Assembly (NCBI GenBank): GCA_043228905.1 | Contig: JBHGNT010000018.1 | Location: forward strand, 4,402,001 to 4,466,000 | DNA: 64,000 nucleotides | Source of the DNA: Azolla caroliniana | Lineage: Eukaryota; Plantae; Polypodiophyta | Reading direction: 5' to 3' | In this document: one piece after another, positions 11,316-24,542 of the stretch | How the letters are laid out: each line of letters opens with the position of its first letter | Numbering within the stretch: position 1 is the stretch's first letter | The notes under the pieces: model-generated | What the model saw: only the letters and a program-made list of their open reading frames with translations | The model's database searches: none | Told to the model about the DNA's origin: nothing | Translations under genes and position numbers: made by a program

Positions 11316-13829
11316 GTATATAAAACCAAAATATGATAAGAGTGAGTACAATATAGAGAAAGATAAAGCATGAGTGTATTTAGAAGGCTTGGGAGATATG
11401 AAAGAACCAAGGACAATGCATGAATGAGTCATGGATTGGACCACAAGGCTATAAAAGAATACTATTGTAAACATTAACTCAAAACTAACATAGTATCTAT
11501 CTTTCTCTATTTGCTCCCTCATTGTTTTCAACCTCATTGGGGAGTTTCAAGCACCCTTGACTACGCCTACAATAAGCTTCTCAATTTAGGAGGTAGGATT
11601 TTTATTTTATGAATGTAAGATTTGATCCAAGTTAGCACGTTTTTTATTTCCATGGCATATGCATGTACATCCATGACCCTCTTCAATCTCATTACAATTT
11701 GGGATTTGTGCTGCAATAACCCAAAATGGGCTAATGATATTTTGTATGATCAAGTACCTTCATATTATTTTTGTATTTGGAATCATTGGAAGGAGCTATT
11801 GTGTTGCATTTTCCTTTTCCAAATATTAGCTTTGGGGAGTTAGTGGCTACTTGGTTCTTTATAAATAAATAAAAACTGTCTAAATTGAAATGAGCTTTAT
11901 TGCAGGATGATTGGTGATAGCATTTGGATGATGGATAAGTGATGTAAGGAGTGGATTTTGGAACCTAAATTTGATTTGTGTTATGGTGACATGATGGCCC
12001 TAACTTTGGTTCCCATTCTTGTCTCTCATTTAAGGACAAAGTTCTTATAATATAGAGTCGTAGTGGTTAATTTACCTATGACTTCTACTTTGCACAAGCA
12101 ACATGTTTGGTATGATGTGTTCCTTTCAAACAATGTTTAATGAGGATTATAATCATTGGTTCCTTAAATGTTCATTTTCGTCGTACATTCGGACTTACCC
12201 TTTAAACATGTCAAATGGGTTGACATTTCGTACATTTTCCCCCTTTCAATGGGTTTTTGCTCAACTTGGTTTGTTTTTGCCTCCACCGTCCGGTGTATTT
12301 TGGAATTTGTGTTTGATTTCTTTTATTATTAGGGCTTGTGGCACATTGGGAAATACACAATGTTTTTCTTTTTATTAGTAACATGATATTGTGAATCATA
12401 TCCTTCGCTTGAAGAGGCTTTTGATATGGCAAATTCCATGTTGTGGGGTCTGCTCAATGGCATATGATAATTCGAGTGTTAAGGGCCCCAAATGTGATGT
12501 TGTCATCGCTTTAGTCATGCATTTTCCTTTTTTTGTAACTTTGTGTCATATAACACAATACATTTTCGAGGAAATAAAACAATTAGGGTTGACTAGGTCA
12601 ATTGATTTCTATAAAATTGATTTAACAACCTATATTCAAATTCTTACTCATCATTAATTAATTAAATATTCATGGAATATTGTTATGGATGGTTAAGGAA
12701 TAAGTAACGATATACATATGTAACATCAATGTGATACAAATGGTTGGTTCTAAACTATAGTTCGGCGTTGGGATGGCCCTTATGTTTAAATAGATAGTGG
12801 TTCCCTAGAAATAAGTTTTGCTTATTTGAGACTAGTAATTGATATTTTCCATGATCTAGAAAACTTTCGGATGGGAAATAGTTGACCGAATCCCTAGGTT
12901 TGGCCCGAATTAGTTATGACTAATCAATCTACAACATAAATGCAACATCCTTTAGTTTATACAAAATATAAATATTCCTCGTCATCTTGTTGCCTTAATG
13001 TTATAGTTTATTATACAAAACTTGTAGAAATCACGAGACACACAACCATTTTCGAATGACATACAAGGGCATCGTAATTACCCATGAACTATTTAAATGA
13101 TTAAAATTTACCAATTTCTTCCCCTAGAAAAGATTTAAGTTCAAACTTCCCCAAATCCTTATTCTATTATGTATACCCACTTATGTTGTTGCTTCCTCTA
13201 AGACATTTCAAACTAGCCCATTTAATATATTTGCACATGAGGGTCTCATGCTGTTTAAACACTCAAGCTAATCATACTTTATGGTTTGATGAAAATTGCC
13301 ACGTTATATGATTCATATTTAAATGATTGTTTTATTGTTTGGACATTGATGCATATATTACATGATCTTGAAGCTACCCTAGCATATATGTCTTATGGGA
13401 TTCAACTACAATATGTCATAGGGAAAAACTCAATATGTGTTCTCGTATAGACTTTTTTTAAGTATTACAATTGCAAAATTTGAAAAACAATTCCTGGGAG
13501 ATTTATGGGATGTCATTAGAAATGCATGTCTATTTGGTAAGGAAGAGATCAATTTTTACCCTTATTTGATCTACTGTTGTTCAGCTTAGAAAAGACGGCC
13601 ATGGGTTTACTCTCAACATGGTATTGTTTCATCTAGCTAAACAATGGAATAAGTGAGTTTTGAACACGAGTTTAATAGGTTGATCAATATATTCCCCTAC
13701 CATCACTAAGATCCTATCAATGGGAAAATTTCGAATTATTTTTACAATGGATATGAGCACATGTCATAGTTCCAATTAAGGTTTGAGCTAGGATTACAAG
13801 TTTACCACATTATTTCCAATTATAAGATA

Positions 13830-13992
13830 TTTGTTGGTGAATTACACAAGCATGGACATGAGTGAAGAAGCTAGAGCTCGTTTCCTTTTGAAATGGAGAG
13901 GTTCTCCGATGTTGCAAATGGTGGATGGCAAAGCAAAGTGGATTTATCGGCCACCATGGTGGTTGTTCCCTCCAAGTATACCTAACATATAG
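13830..13992 (+). mobile_element. Possible 3' end remnant of a LINE ORF2
   Basis: Short frame EEARARFLLKWRGSPMLQMVDGKAKWIYRPPWW resembles LINE ORF2 C-termini. Weak. Confidence 0.3.
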
Positions 13993-15799
13993 ATGGGTGC
14001 TACCACATGAAGAGATTGGAGGATGTCTATGCAAAATTTGGGTTGTATGAGGCCCACGTTGAGGGTATGCGGTCGAGTAATTCTATGCTCAACGGATGAT
14101 GTGGTGATTAGGAGTTTTTTGTTGATTCCTTTATAGATGTTTTCTTTTTCGCAATGCAAGTTGGCCTGTAAGATACGAGTTGTATATTATCCTATGTACA
14201 TTGACTTAACTAATGGAAGTAGTTTTTTTTTTTGGAAAAAAAATATATAATAATAATATTTTAGAAAATGACAATAATATGAAGTGAATCAATGCAAAAT
14301 TGAAATCCATGTTTCAAGAAATGAATTTAATATGAAATGAACAGATGGCGAATTTGAAATCAACTAGCATGGAAGTGCAAAGAGAAACTTATGACAAAGT
14401 GGATGTCTCGTAGGCTACGTGGACACGTCACATTACCTTAAAAGTTTTGAACTCAATACAATTTACCCTCTTGTCGTATTTATCCCTTTTACCATCTATC
14501 CTAGGATTCAAAGGTTGGATCCATCATTGGACTTTAAAAAGGAAGGGCGTGCCATTCCTTCCTCTTTGTATCATTGATAACCATATGTAGGTAAATATTA
14601 ATAACTCGATTTCAACACATCTAGATAGCTTGATCGAGGTCATATCTTAGTTTGCCTTTTAACATTAATGACTAGTTTTTATTCTTTCCCAAATATATGA
14701 ATAATAAACTGAGGTGTTGTTTGTGGTGTCATGGTCATTGAATCTCAATGGTTTTGAAAGGTATTTGCCTCCACACTCATAAATATACGAGTGAGATGTT
14801 TGTGGTAAAAGAATGAGACAATATTTGGTTATTTATATGAGAAATTCATCTAAACAGTTACAAGTTTGCAATTTCTATCACAACTTACCAATTGTTTGTT
14901 CACCTCATCAATTTTCAAGTATTAGCATGCTTGTTTTGTATCTCCTTTGTTCATGTATGCTAGTTTATAAACGCAAAACGTGTATTGATGTTTTCATGTA
15001 AGATCACAATCACCAATGCTAACAATGTAACAATAACAAATGTTGGTTACAATATGATTTTGGCCTATTTATGTTACATTGCAATCTTACCTAAATATAG
15101 GATATTGAGTTCTGTATTTATATATATCAATTATATGGTTGGATAAACAAGGCCATTTTCTTACAATTAAAATCTGCTTAGAATAGTACAATATACATAG
15201 TTGATACAAAGATCAAGATAAACCATTAATGAGGAAACCATTAAAGAAGAGTATCATGCAAAGATGGCTAAGAATAGGCATCAACTTGAATAAAAGTTGA
15301 AAAGCAAACTGTTCATAAAGTTCAAAGTAATGATGCAATTTAAATGTTTAGTTATTTTATGATTTGATAATATTCCTAAAGTTGGTACAGATAAGCATTC
15401 ACTAAGCATAGCAATAGTTGTATGCTTTATTCATTGGCACAATGTGTCGGAGATGCTTTGTAGTAATAGGGCAAATCTCCTTTGCATGCAGGAAATGCGA
15501 TAGCTTGAGATCCTTTGGTAAATTCCCAAGGAAAAGCTAGGTATAAATCACCATTTTAAAGTTCATTCAATTGCACAAAAAATAAACACTACATGAAGGG
15601 CTTCTGTTGGTTCTCAAACTTTATGTGTCCTTCACATAATCCATGATTGATTCAATACTATAAGTTATCAATTTATGCCCAACTACCAGTCCATGAATAG
15701 AAACCACATTAATTAGCCGTAGAATTACGGAATTTTTATTCTCACAACTTATGAGGTTCTCAATAATCTACCTAAAAGGAGTTATGTTGGTAGAAATGG

Positions 15800-16330
15800 A
15801 AAGAAGTCAAAAGTTTTCCATCCATTGGTTGGTACACTTGTTGCCTTTTTGGTGGGAGAAGTAGTTGAAGTGTATATTAAAAAGTGTGAACCTAGTGGTG
15901 GGTGACATTTCACCTTTGTGGTAGGCATTGTTTACACATTGTTTGGTAAACGTGTGTCGACTAGATGTATTAGTCCGTGCAAAATTTTGTAACAAACAAT
16001 GGCCATATAGTAGACATGTCAACATAAAGGAAAACTTAACGACAATAATATGATTGGCATCATTTTATTGAAAGGATTGTAGTGAGATGTTGAAGACGTA
16101 TTGCCGTCCAAGAAGATAACCCTTGGGACCCAAAAAGAGTGTTTAAGAAAAGCTTCAACTTTTGATAAAAGAGGGGGCCGTATATGAGCATATGAAGAGA
16201 CATGGGTGTGTTCAACTTGAAGAGGTTGTGCGCGGTAAAGCCATTGGCTAATTCATGGTGGGAACCACGCTCAAATACTCTAAATATACTTCATATCTAA
16301 TGTTTGATTAATCCCCAACCTCAAGATTAT
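15800..16330 (-). mobile_element. Possible highly degenerate LINE remnant (endonuclease-RT linker)
   Basis: Loose similarity to the 33300-33650 segment of the LINE at 32-36 kb. Confidence 0.3.
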
Positions 16331-16900
16331 GATTAGGGAACATGTGCAAATGTGGTATGCTTTAGCTAGACCTATTTATGCTCCATTTTGAATTTCAAGA
16401 CAGGGAGAGCGATTGCTGGTCTCAATTGGAATAACATGGAGATCATAAAATACACTTGGTGTGTCTCATTGTTTCCTTGTAGACATTCGAATATATTCAT
16501 GTAGTGTGTAGAGTTGTTTCCTTGTAAATGTTCCAATATATTCATATAGTGTGTGTGGAGTTGATAAGTGACTCCCAATGTACCAGAGTATTACTATTGA
16601 ACATTGTAACACAATTGAGAGGGAGAATTGCAGCTAAGGAGGAAATATGTGTAGGGATTGGAGAACACATGAATTAGGATAAATGATGAAAAGGTATCTT
16701 GTTTGTAGGAATGTTGATAGTCAAAAAATCTAAAATTATTTTATAAACTTTTTGCTTTACATGATAGTCTTACCCTAGTAGTAAGTTTTTGACAATCAAC
16801 CCAAGATGGTTGTAGATTAAAACCCTTAGTTTGACACATTGTTTTTACGTGATATATCACGTTTCCTAAACTACATGCTAGATCCTTGCATTGAACTTAC

Positions 16901-17168
16901 TCCTAGATAAAGCAATAGGGAAGGGGTCAAAATTGACTCATATTGGATTGGTACTAAAATCTTAATCACATTTACGCCTATAGATAAAGGGGTAGTTGTA
17001 TAAGTTAGAAAGAGACATAGTAGTACCCGATCCTAGATAAAGTAGTAGGCAAGTAGGCAAGGGGCCAATTTTAACTAGTTCTGCTTAGTATTGGATTGGT
17101 ACAAATATCTTCATCGCATTTACACCTAAAAATAAAGTAGTAGTTGTATTAGCTAAAAAGAGATATAG
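16901..17168. repeat. Diverged ~130-bp tandem duplication
   Basis: tcctagataaag..attggattggtac..catttac..gtagttgtat occurs at 16901 and again at 17031. Confidence 0.7.
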
Positions 17169-17444
17169 AAAGCACAAGCCAATCAGGCCATGGTTGAGAT
17201 GGACATGTTAATACTTGGAGATTGTGAGGGGTTAGTTCGATAAGTGAGGATGAGTCAAGTTGTTTTGGCCACAAATATATGGTGTAACAAAGATGTGTGA
17301 AACTAGGGACAACCATCCTACATTGATAGGCCAAATAAATATCTCACCCCTAGGATAATTCATAAAGGACAAATATTACAATATATATTTTTTGACGTTA
17401 TGGTATATAATTATAGACAACATTTAGATTTTGGATCAAATCAT

Positions 17445-17663
17445 ATGGAAGAGATTTGCAATGAGATACCTCCATTGCCATACATGCAACATATCAATCA
17501 TAAACTCATAAGGCATGATGAAGAACATCGTTATGCATATGAATGCCCCATTAATCCTCAACCTAACTCTAGCCCTAATTCCCCCACACAAGCTTATCAT
17601 ATACACAAATTGTCCCCCAAAAGCACCCTTTCCAACATGCCCATCGATCCTAAATCCATGGTT

Positions 17664-17703
<40 letters not shown>

Positions 17704-19961
17704 ATTTCTCCTACATTTAGAGATAAAATATGTATCATGGCAATCTTCTTTCTTTGATTACTCTTACTCATTCTCAAATATTTTGTGGTGTTTATAGAAT
17801 GATATCTACTAAAGCATAGGCATGGCCATATAATGTAAACTACATGAGGGACTACACCATTTGTTTCTAGCCACTAGATGGCATTAAATTACATGATCTT
17901 TACCAATAAGGATGTTAAATTATCATCATCATTACACACATCATTTGTAGAGAGACCCATGTATGTATGGAGAATTCTTGCTCTTTGTTTAATTAATAGA
18001 GTCTCTTATCTTTTTGCATAGTTTGACCGATCGTTGTCGCTTCCAACATTCCGAAAATTGCTAAGCTTTAATTATCGACCAAAGCCATCAGAGAGTTTAA
18101 TAAATGTTCGCTCATTCGGTAGTTGTAGTAGCCTAGTATTACTTAACAAGGAGCATGGATCTGACATTGGTATGCTCGCATCAGGTATTGATGAAGGTAA
18201 CTTTGGAAATTAATAATTCTAAATTTACACCTTATAGTTCCCTAGACAAGACAAATTGATTTATAAGGTGATCTAATGCTCCATTTGGTTGTTCTAATGA
18301 GGTCAAAATGATTGGCAAGAGTCACATGTAATCATATATATATATATCCATTAGGTGAAAATGATAGCAAGTCTGTAAGGTTGTACAACGAGCTAAACAT
18401 CAAGTTAATTCAATTTTTAGCATCAAATGAGAGGATAGAAAACCATTAGTAATTTGCCTAGTGTTCTAGGCCATGTATGTTCAAGTTCATGCAATATATA
18501 CATTGCACATCCTTCTACAAAAAGTCAACTAGTGTTGTAGATCCCTAGTTCCACATGTAGCTCATTATCTAGGGTGTATTTCTTATTTTAGTATTCTACT
18601 AATATAGACTAGAAAATAATTTCAATATGATCATCAATAAGATGGTTTGCCTTTCTTTATAGGACATCATGAAAATGCTTTGATTTACATTTAGATATGT
18701 ACATGAAAGGCTACATGATTAGATCTAGTAAACTAGAAGCCTCCAAAAGTATAAAAATGAGATACTTGCATAGATAAAATTATGAAAAATCCTAGGAACA
18801 ATAAGGCGCTAGGCCTATTTGACTCCATGAACTTCATGATGTAATTTTTTTGCCTTTTGAACATGGCTATCATAAGGTCAACTATATCAACATGTATAAC
18901 AAATATGGTATCTTGTGTGACCCTTGAAGTGATTGTTATTATCTTCCTATCAAGATGATTGATTGACAAACGAATCAAACTATTTATGATGACCAAGTGC
19001 CATCACAATAGGCCAAAGTAACGTAACATGATGACTTCACAATCTAACATCTAATAATTTTCCTATGACGCCTTAAACGATTGGAACACAGTATTCCGCA
19101 AGCATTTACATACTTGTGTATATGCTTGTGAGTCATAACTTTTAGTTATTGCGGAAATCCTAAGATGAAACATAATGCCTCTATGGAATGTTGTATAGGG
19201 TGGCAATATTGATAAATACATCATATGACTATCATGGAGCATGCAAAGGGCACCTTTGATGTAAATAATTGCGTGTCTCTTCTATATCATCAAGTTTCAA
19301 TATAATTTGTGTCAATCATAATGAGTTTCCCTTTGTTACTTCCCACACATTTTCTCTTACTAATAGATGCCTCCTTTTCCATCATGAATTTGCCTAGATA
19401 CCACAAAGTATGTTCTTGGAAGGTCATCAAGCTCTATTGTAAGTGCAAGAACTTGATGATCATGTTTTACAATAAATGGTATAAAATATACCTATCCTCT
19501 TTTTCCATGTAGAAGGTACAGAAGTCCTCAAAGAGGAAGCAATTTGTAGAATATGCATGCTCGAGCTTGATGAAGGTAACGAGACATTCAGGATGGAGTG
19601 TAGTTGCAAAGGGGAGCTAGCTTTGGCACACCGAGAATGTACAATCAAATGGTTTAGTATTAAAGGGAACAACCAATGTGATATTTGTAATAGTCAAGTG
19701 TGCAACCTTCCTGTATTACTTTTTCGTCGATCCACATCTTTGCGCCAAAACAATGACCCATATTTAGTAGATGAGGTTGTTGAAGAAACCAGGTAAGATT
19801 TCTTCAAGAGCGCTTTTTTTTCACATTATGTTCTCTAAAAAAAGTGTAATGACTAAATTTTTTAATGCTATAGCTCATGGCGTCAAATGACAATGTCTAT
19901 TCTCTCTAGTGCGTTGGAAGCTTTATGGCATAAGCTAGAAGAACTTTCAGAGTTTCCATAA
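17445..19961 (+). CDS. RING-CH (RINGv, C4HC3) E3 ligase-family protein; exons 17445-17660, 18022-18196, 19513-19792, 19874-19961 (~252 aa)
   Basis: Exon 19513-19792 encodes EEAICRICMLEL..MECSCKGELALAHRECTIKWFSIKGNNQCDIC..NLPVLL. The upstream exon has the family RSLSLP motif. GT-AG sites give consistent phases. First and last exons are less certain. Confidence 0.7.
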
Positions 19962-22427
19962 CTAGTGGAGGTTTCTTCTCAATTTTTTAGTCGATTGTTG
20001 TAAGAGATGTTCGAAAAAGGTTTCCTAAGGGATGGCTACATGCTTTTCCATGATCTCAAATATAGTTACCAAAGTTTGTTAAAATATTATGGTAAAGCAT
20101 GCAACTTTTATTTTCGAGTTATGTCTTCAACTATAATTAGAATTCCGGTTCGACCATTATTGATAATTACAATGTTAAGAAAGCATTTGAATACTCCCAT
20201 GATAATCTTAGTATGGTAACCTGACAATCGATATAAGCATATTTAAAAGGTCCAACCATCTACATTGTGCTGGATTTAGATTAATTTCATAGCCAACACA
20301 TTTGTGGTAGTCACGAAATTGACAAATGACACTCACATTACGACATGAGATTATTTACATAGAGTCTATATGGCCGATTCAAGTAAATTAGGGATATCCT
20401 AAACCTTATCAATATATAACTAGTGATAATTTAGGTAGTGTGTTTGAGATTACTAGGGAGTTTGTTATTAGTCATCATTCATTAAAATCATTTATAAAGA
20501 CAACAATGTCCCTATTGAATATTATCATTTACAATCTTATCAACTTTGAATATTATGTAGAGATCCCAACATAATCTCTTACATCAATGCCAAAAAGAAC
20601 ACTTGTGTAGATTCTAGGTGTGCCACAACAAGCTAATGTCTTATTTAGCTAGAGTTTTTCTTCCATGCCATGTTTGTGATACGAGATTATATCGATGTTT
20701 ACCCTATTGTTGGCTAGACGGATAAGAGTGGATGGCAATCACTCTTAAGTTGTCGATGATAATGTTAACCATCTTCTCTTTTGGTTCTATCATTTAAGTA
20801 TGAAAATGACAACTATTCTTAAGACTTAACATATATACTTTAACTTGGTTAAATACTGCATGGAAATCTAAAGAGAATGTATCCAATGCTTTCAAGTAAT
20901 TTATATATTGCGCTTATACAATGTTGACTGTTTAGTGGCGGGACATTTTAAGATAAATAAGACATATATATCGATTAATGTAAATTCATAAAACTATAGG
21001 ATAGTTAGGTAGGGTCTAGTATGTAAATATTAAAAGTGCAGTGAGAGTGTTTTCATGACTTGTTTTATCAAGAAAATGTCAATGTTGCAACAAAGATAAT
21101 AAATGCACATATATATATTGAAAGCATATGTAGTGGAGTCCTTGTCCAATAACTAATCATTGTGGCATAGGAGATATGAACACTATTAACTTACACATGC
21201 TATACAACAATCAACAATAAAGTAACAAGGGCTCCTGCATGAACAAGTAAAGATAGAAGTGATGTAGAGGGTAGCCTAATTGAGAATCTCATACAGAAGT
21301 CTATGCAAAATGGATCAAGGAAAAACACATTGAGAGGTGTTGCAAACCCATGTTTAATATGTGATGAGTGCTTCATATGTGTATGAGGTTGATACCTCAA
21401 TTGCGTATTGCGCACACTATTATGGGTGATTCGTGAGCATAGGGGGCAGAGGCCTCAGTTATATTTTGTGATTACATCATTGTTGGTTTATTCATTATTT
21501 AGGATTAGTCTAAGTGTATATATGTCATTGTATGTGTACATATGTGATCTTATACGTGTTATATACATATGAAGTACACTGGATGATTCCATGGCATGAT
21601 ATTGCTATGTCGGATAGTGTCCTTTTGGGGGGGATAAAGATCATGGTTACAATCTTCACATTTTTGTAGGGAAGAGGTTATCATTAATCATTGTCCCGTT
21701 TGCAATTGGCGAGTGTTACAAGCATGTCTATAACTATAGTTTTGCATGAATGGGAGGTCAAGGGTTCAAGTCTGAGTTGGACCATAAGAGACTAAGTGTA
21801 TAAATGGATGGAATGGACATTATAATTATTTTTTGCTAGCATAAGTTGTTAGAGGAAAGGAGGAATGTGCACAGTTGGGAAAAAAGCATGGTACATGCTA
21901 AAATAATAATATTTAAACATCCATTGTTTTTATTTGGGAAAGAGCCTCTTGAATCCTATACTATGTGTTTCAAAATTTTAATATATTAATCCACATAAAT
22001 AAACTATCTTGTGCAAAACCTTGTTTAAACTAATCAAGATCAAGCAAGGAGCACATCAAAAATTTCGGCACAGAATTCCGAGCTCAGAGGTCAAAGTTAC
22101 AAGATTTAGTGTGTCACCGAGCAGTCACACTAGAAATTTGTCGTGTCATACAAAGCCTTCATCACGACGGATTTTTCGAATTTTAATTCCGTCGTTTGTT
22201 GCTACCATCACCAACGTCATCCAACATTAAGATATTATATATATATAATAATTAGTAAATAGGTAAATAAGTAAATAAATAATCGTAATAATAATAAGAA
22301 CAATAATTATTATTATTATGTTAAATTATAATAATAATAATAATAGTAGTAGTAAAATAAAATAAGTAAATAAACATAAAATAATAATAAGATATTAATA
22401 AAACATTTAAATTAATTAAGTATATAT

Positions 22428-22575
22428 TGTGAAATGCACATAGAGGGAACCCAAACTAGCTTGCCTTGCGTCTTACTTCTTGCTCAATTTATAGTTAATA
22501 CATAGAAACCCATTTGGGTTGGTTTGGCTACATGCATGTTAAAAAGGTGGCACAAGGGAACAAAGGTACACCATA
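22428..22575 (-). mobile_element. Solo LTR of the small gypsy family, inverted
   Basis: Reverse-complement homologue of LTR 22610-22769, flanked by ATAT at 22424-22427 and 22576-22579. Confidence 0.8.
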
Positions 22576-23041
22576 ATATAATAGCTAAATAATATCAATA
22601 AGATAATATTGTGGTGTGCATGTGTTCCTTTGTGCTACCCTTTTAGCACACCCTTTTTAGCACGCATGTAGCTAAGCCAACCCAAATGGGTACCTTTGTA
22701 TCGACGATAAATTGAGCAAGAAGTAAGAAGCTAAGTAGGCTGGTTTTGATCTCTTATGTGCATTTCACATATTAGTGGAGATGTAGGGCAAAAGTTTAGC
22801 CGCTAATAATAGTATCTCTTCCATTAGCGTCGCCTTAGTTCACCAGTTAGGCCTCCCGACATCCACCGCTCCCTCCATCCAAGTCCTTTTGGGCGATCAC
22901 CAACATCTATACCACTCTCGCACGCAAGCCCGTGGCACCGTCGCCTTAGGCAATCTCACATTCTCACAACACTTTTATGTCTTGTCCCACCAACTCTTCC
23001 CCCTCACCTTAGGTTGCGATTGGTTCCTCAAGCGTCGCGCT

Positions 23042-23525
23042 ATAATTGATTTCACTGCCCACCAACTTCTTGTCCCACGAGCTCCCCCAATCCCCCTCCT
23101 ACACGATAACCCTCTTGTCCCCCGCCTTAGCCAAGTCCAGGTGGCCCTCACTCCACAGGAGCGTTTGATCTCTATCTACCAATTGCTAGCTTGTTTTCTA
23201 TCACTAGCCCCATCCAACTATTATCTAATCAGGGCCATCGGTTCCATGGGGATGTCCTCAACGTCGTTGCATCTCAACTAAGTGTCATAATTGATTTCAT
23301 TGCCCACCAACTTCTTGTCCCACGAGCTCCCCTGATCCCCCTCCTACATGATAACCCTCATGTCCCCCGCCTTAGCCAAGTCCAAGTGGCCCTCACTCCA
23401 TATGAGTGTTTGATCTCTATATGCCAATTGCTAGCTCGTTTTCTATCACTAGCCCCATCCAACTATTATCTGATTAGGGCCGTCAGTTCCACGGGGATGT
23501 CCTCAACGTCGTTGCATCTCAACTA
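23042..23525 (+). repeat. 245-bp tandem duplication inside the gypsy element
   Basis: ataattgatttca..gcatctcaacta occurs at 23042 and again at 23287. Confidence 0.9.
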
Positions 23526-23824
23526 GGTGTCCAACAGGTGTTTACATCCCCATACCATCCTCAGACAAAGGGCCTCACCGAATGCCTCAACAAGTCTACC
23601 CTCAAGAAGGAGATTGCCACTTACATCGATCCATGCCACAAAACCTGGGATCAAATCTTGCCTTTCGTCACTCACGCCTACAATACATCTGTACAAACGT
23701 TGACACGAATCAACCCTTTTCGAGCACTCTACGGGCATGACCCTCACCTCCCACCAGAATCGTCCATTGACATCCATTCAAAACCTGCCAACATGGATAA
23801 TGCCACTTGGGGGACTCTATCTCC

Positions 23825-24542
23825 TAGGGATCGGCAACGGCTCGGCTCAAGCCTAAACCGTTTGGCTTAGCCAGCTTGAAAACGGCTTAACGACTTAACG
23901 GCTCGGTTTAGGCTTGAACTTGCCTTAACGGTTTGAGCTCGGCTCGGCTTGGCTTGAGCCTCGCCAAACCGGCTCAAGTTGGCTAAACCGTTTAAGCCAT
24001 TTATAAACTTTAGAGAGAGGGGGAGAGAGACAACAAACAAGGGGAAAGAGAGAGAGGGAGAGAGAGAGAGAGAGAGAGGGAGGGAGGGAGACTAAACAGA
24101 CGAGACGATGGGAGAGAGAGAGAGTAAGGGAGAACTACACAAACGAGGAGAGAGAAAGAGAGGGAGGGAGACAACATATAAGGAGAGAGAGAGAGAGAGA
24201 GAGAGACTACACAGAGGGGGGAGAGAGAGAGAGAGGGAGAGAGTCGAGACCACAGAAGTGAGAGAGAGTGGGAGGGAGAGCTTGTACAATGTATAGTATA
24301 TAGTATATAGTATATAGTGGATCATCTAAGAGAGGGAGGGAGGTAGGGAGAGAGAGGGGGGGGGGGGGGGGGGGAGGTTTCTAAACCGGTTTCCAAGCCG
24401 TTTACCAAACCGGTTTAGGCTAAACTGGTTTGTGAACTGGCTCGGCTCAGGTTTGAGATCCCGTAAACGGTTTAGGCTTAGCCAGTTTGGCTTGGATCAG
24501 GCCAAACCGGCTAAGCCTAAACCGAACCGTTGCCAATCCCTA
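23825..24542. mobile_element. Non-autonomous hAT-type DNA transposon (MITE, 718 bp)
   Basis: 16-bp TIRs TAGGGATCGGCAACGG / CCGTTGCCAATCCCTA (1 mismatch). 8-bp TSD CTATCTCC (23817-23824 / 24543-24550). Subterminal AAACCG/GGCTCGG repeats and a (GA)n core. Confidence 0.92.

Noticed and set aside
11320-11560. LTR-like fragment with a TATA motif (similar vague remnants near 21200-21500 and 54500-54900)
   Set aside because: Ends and TSD could not be defined by eye.
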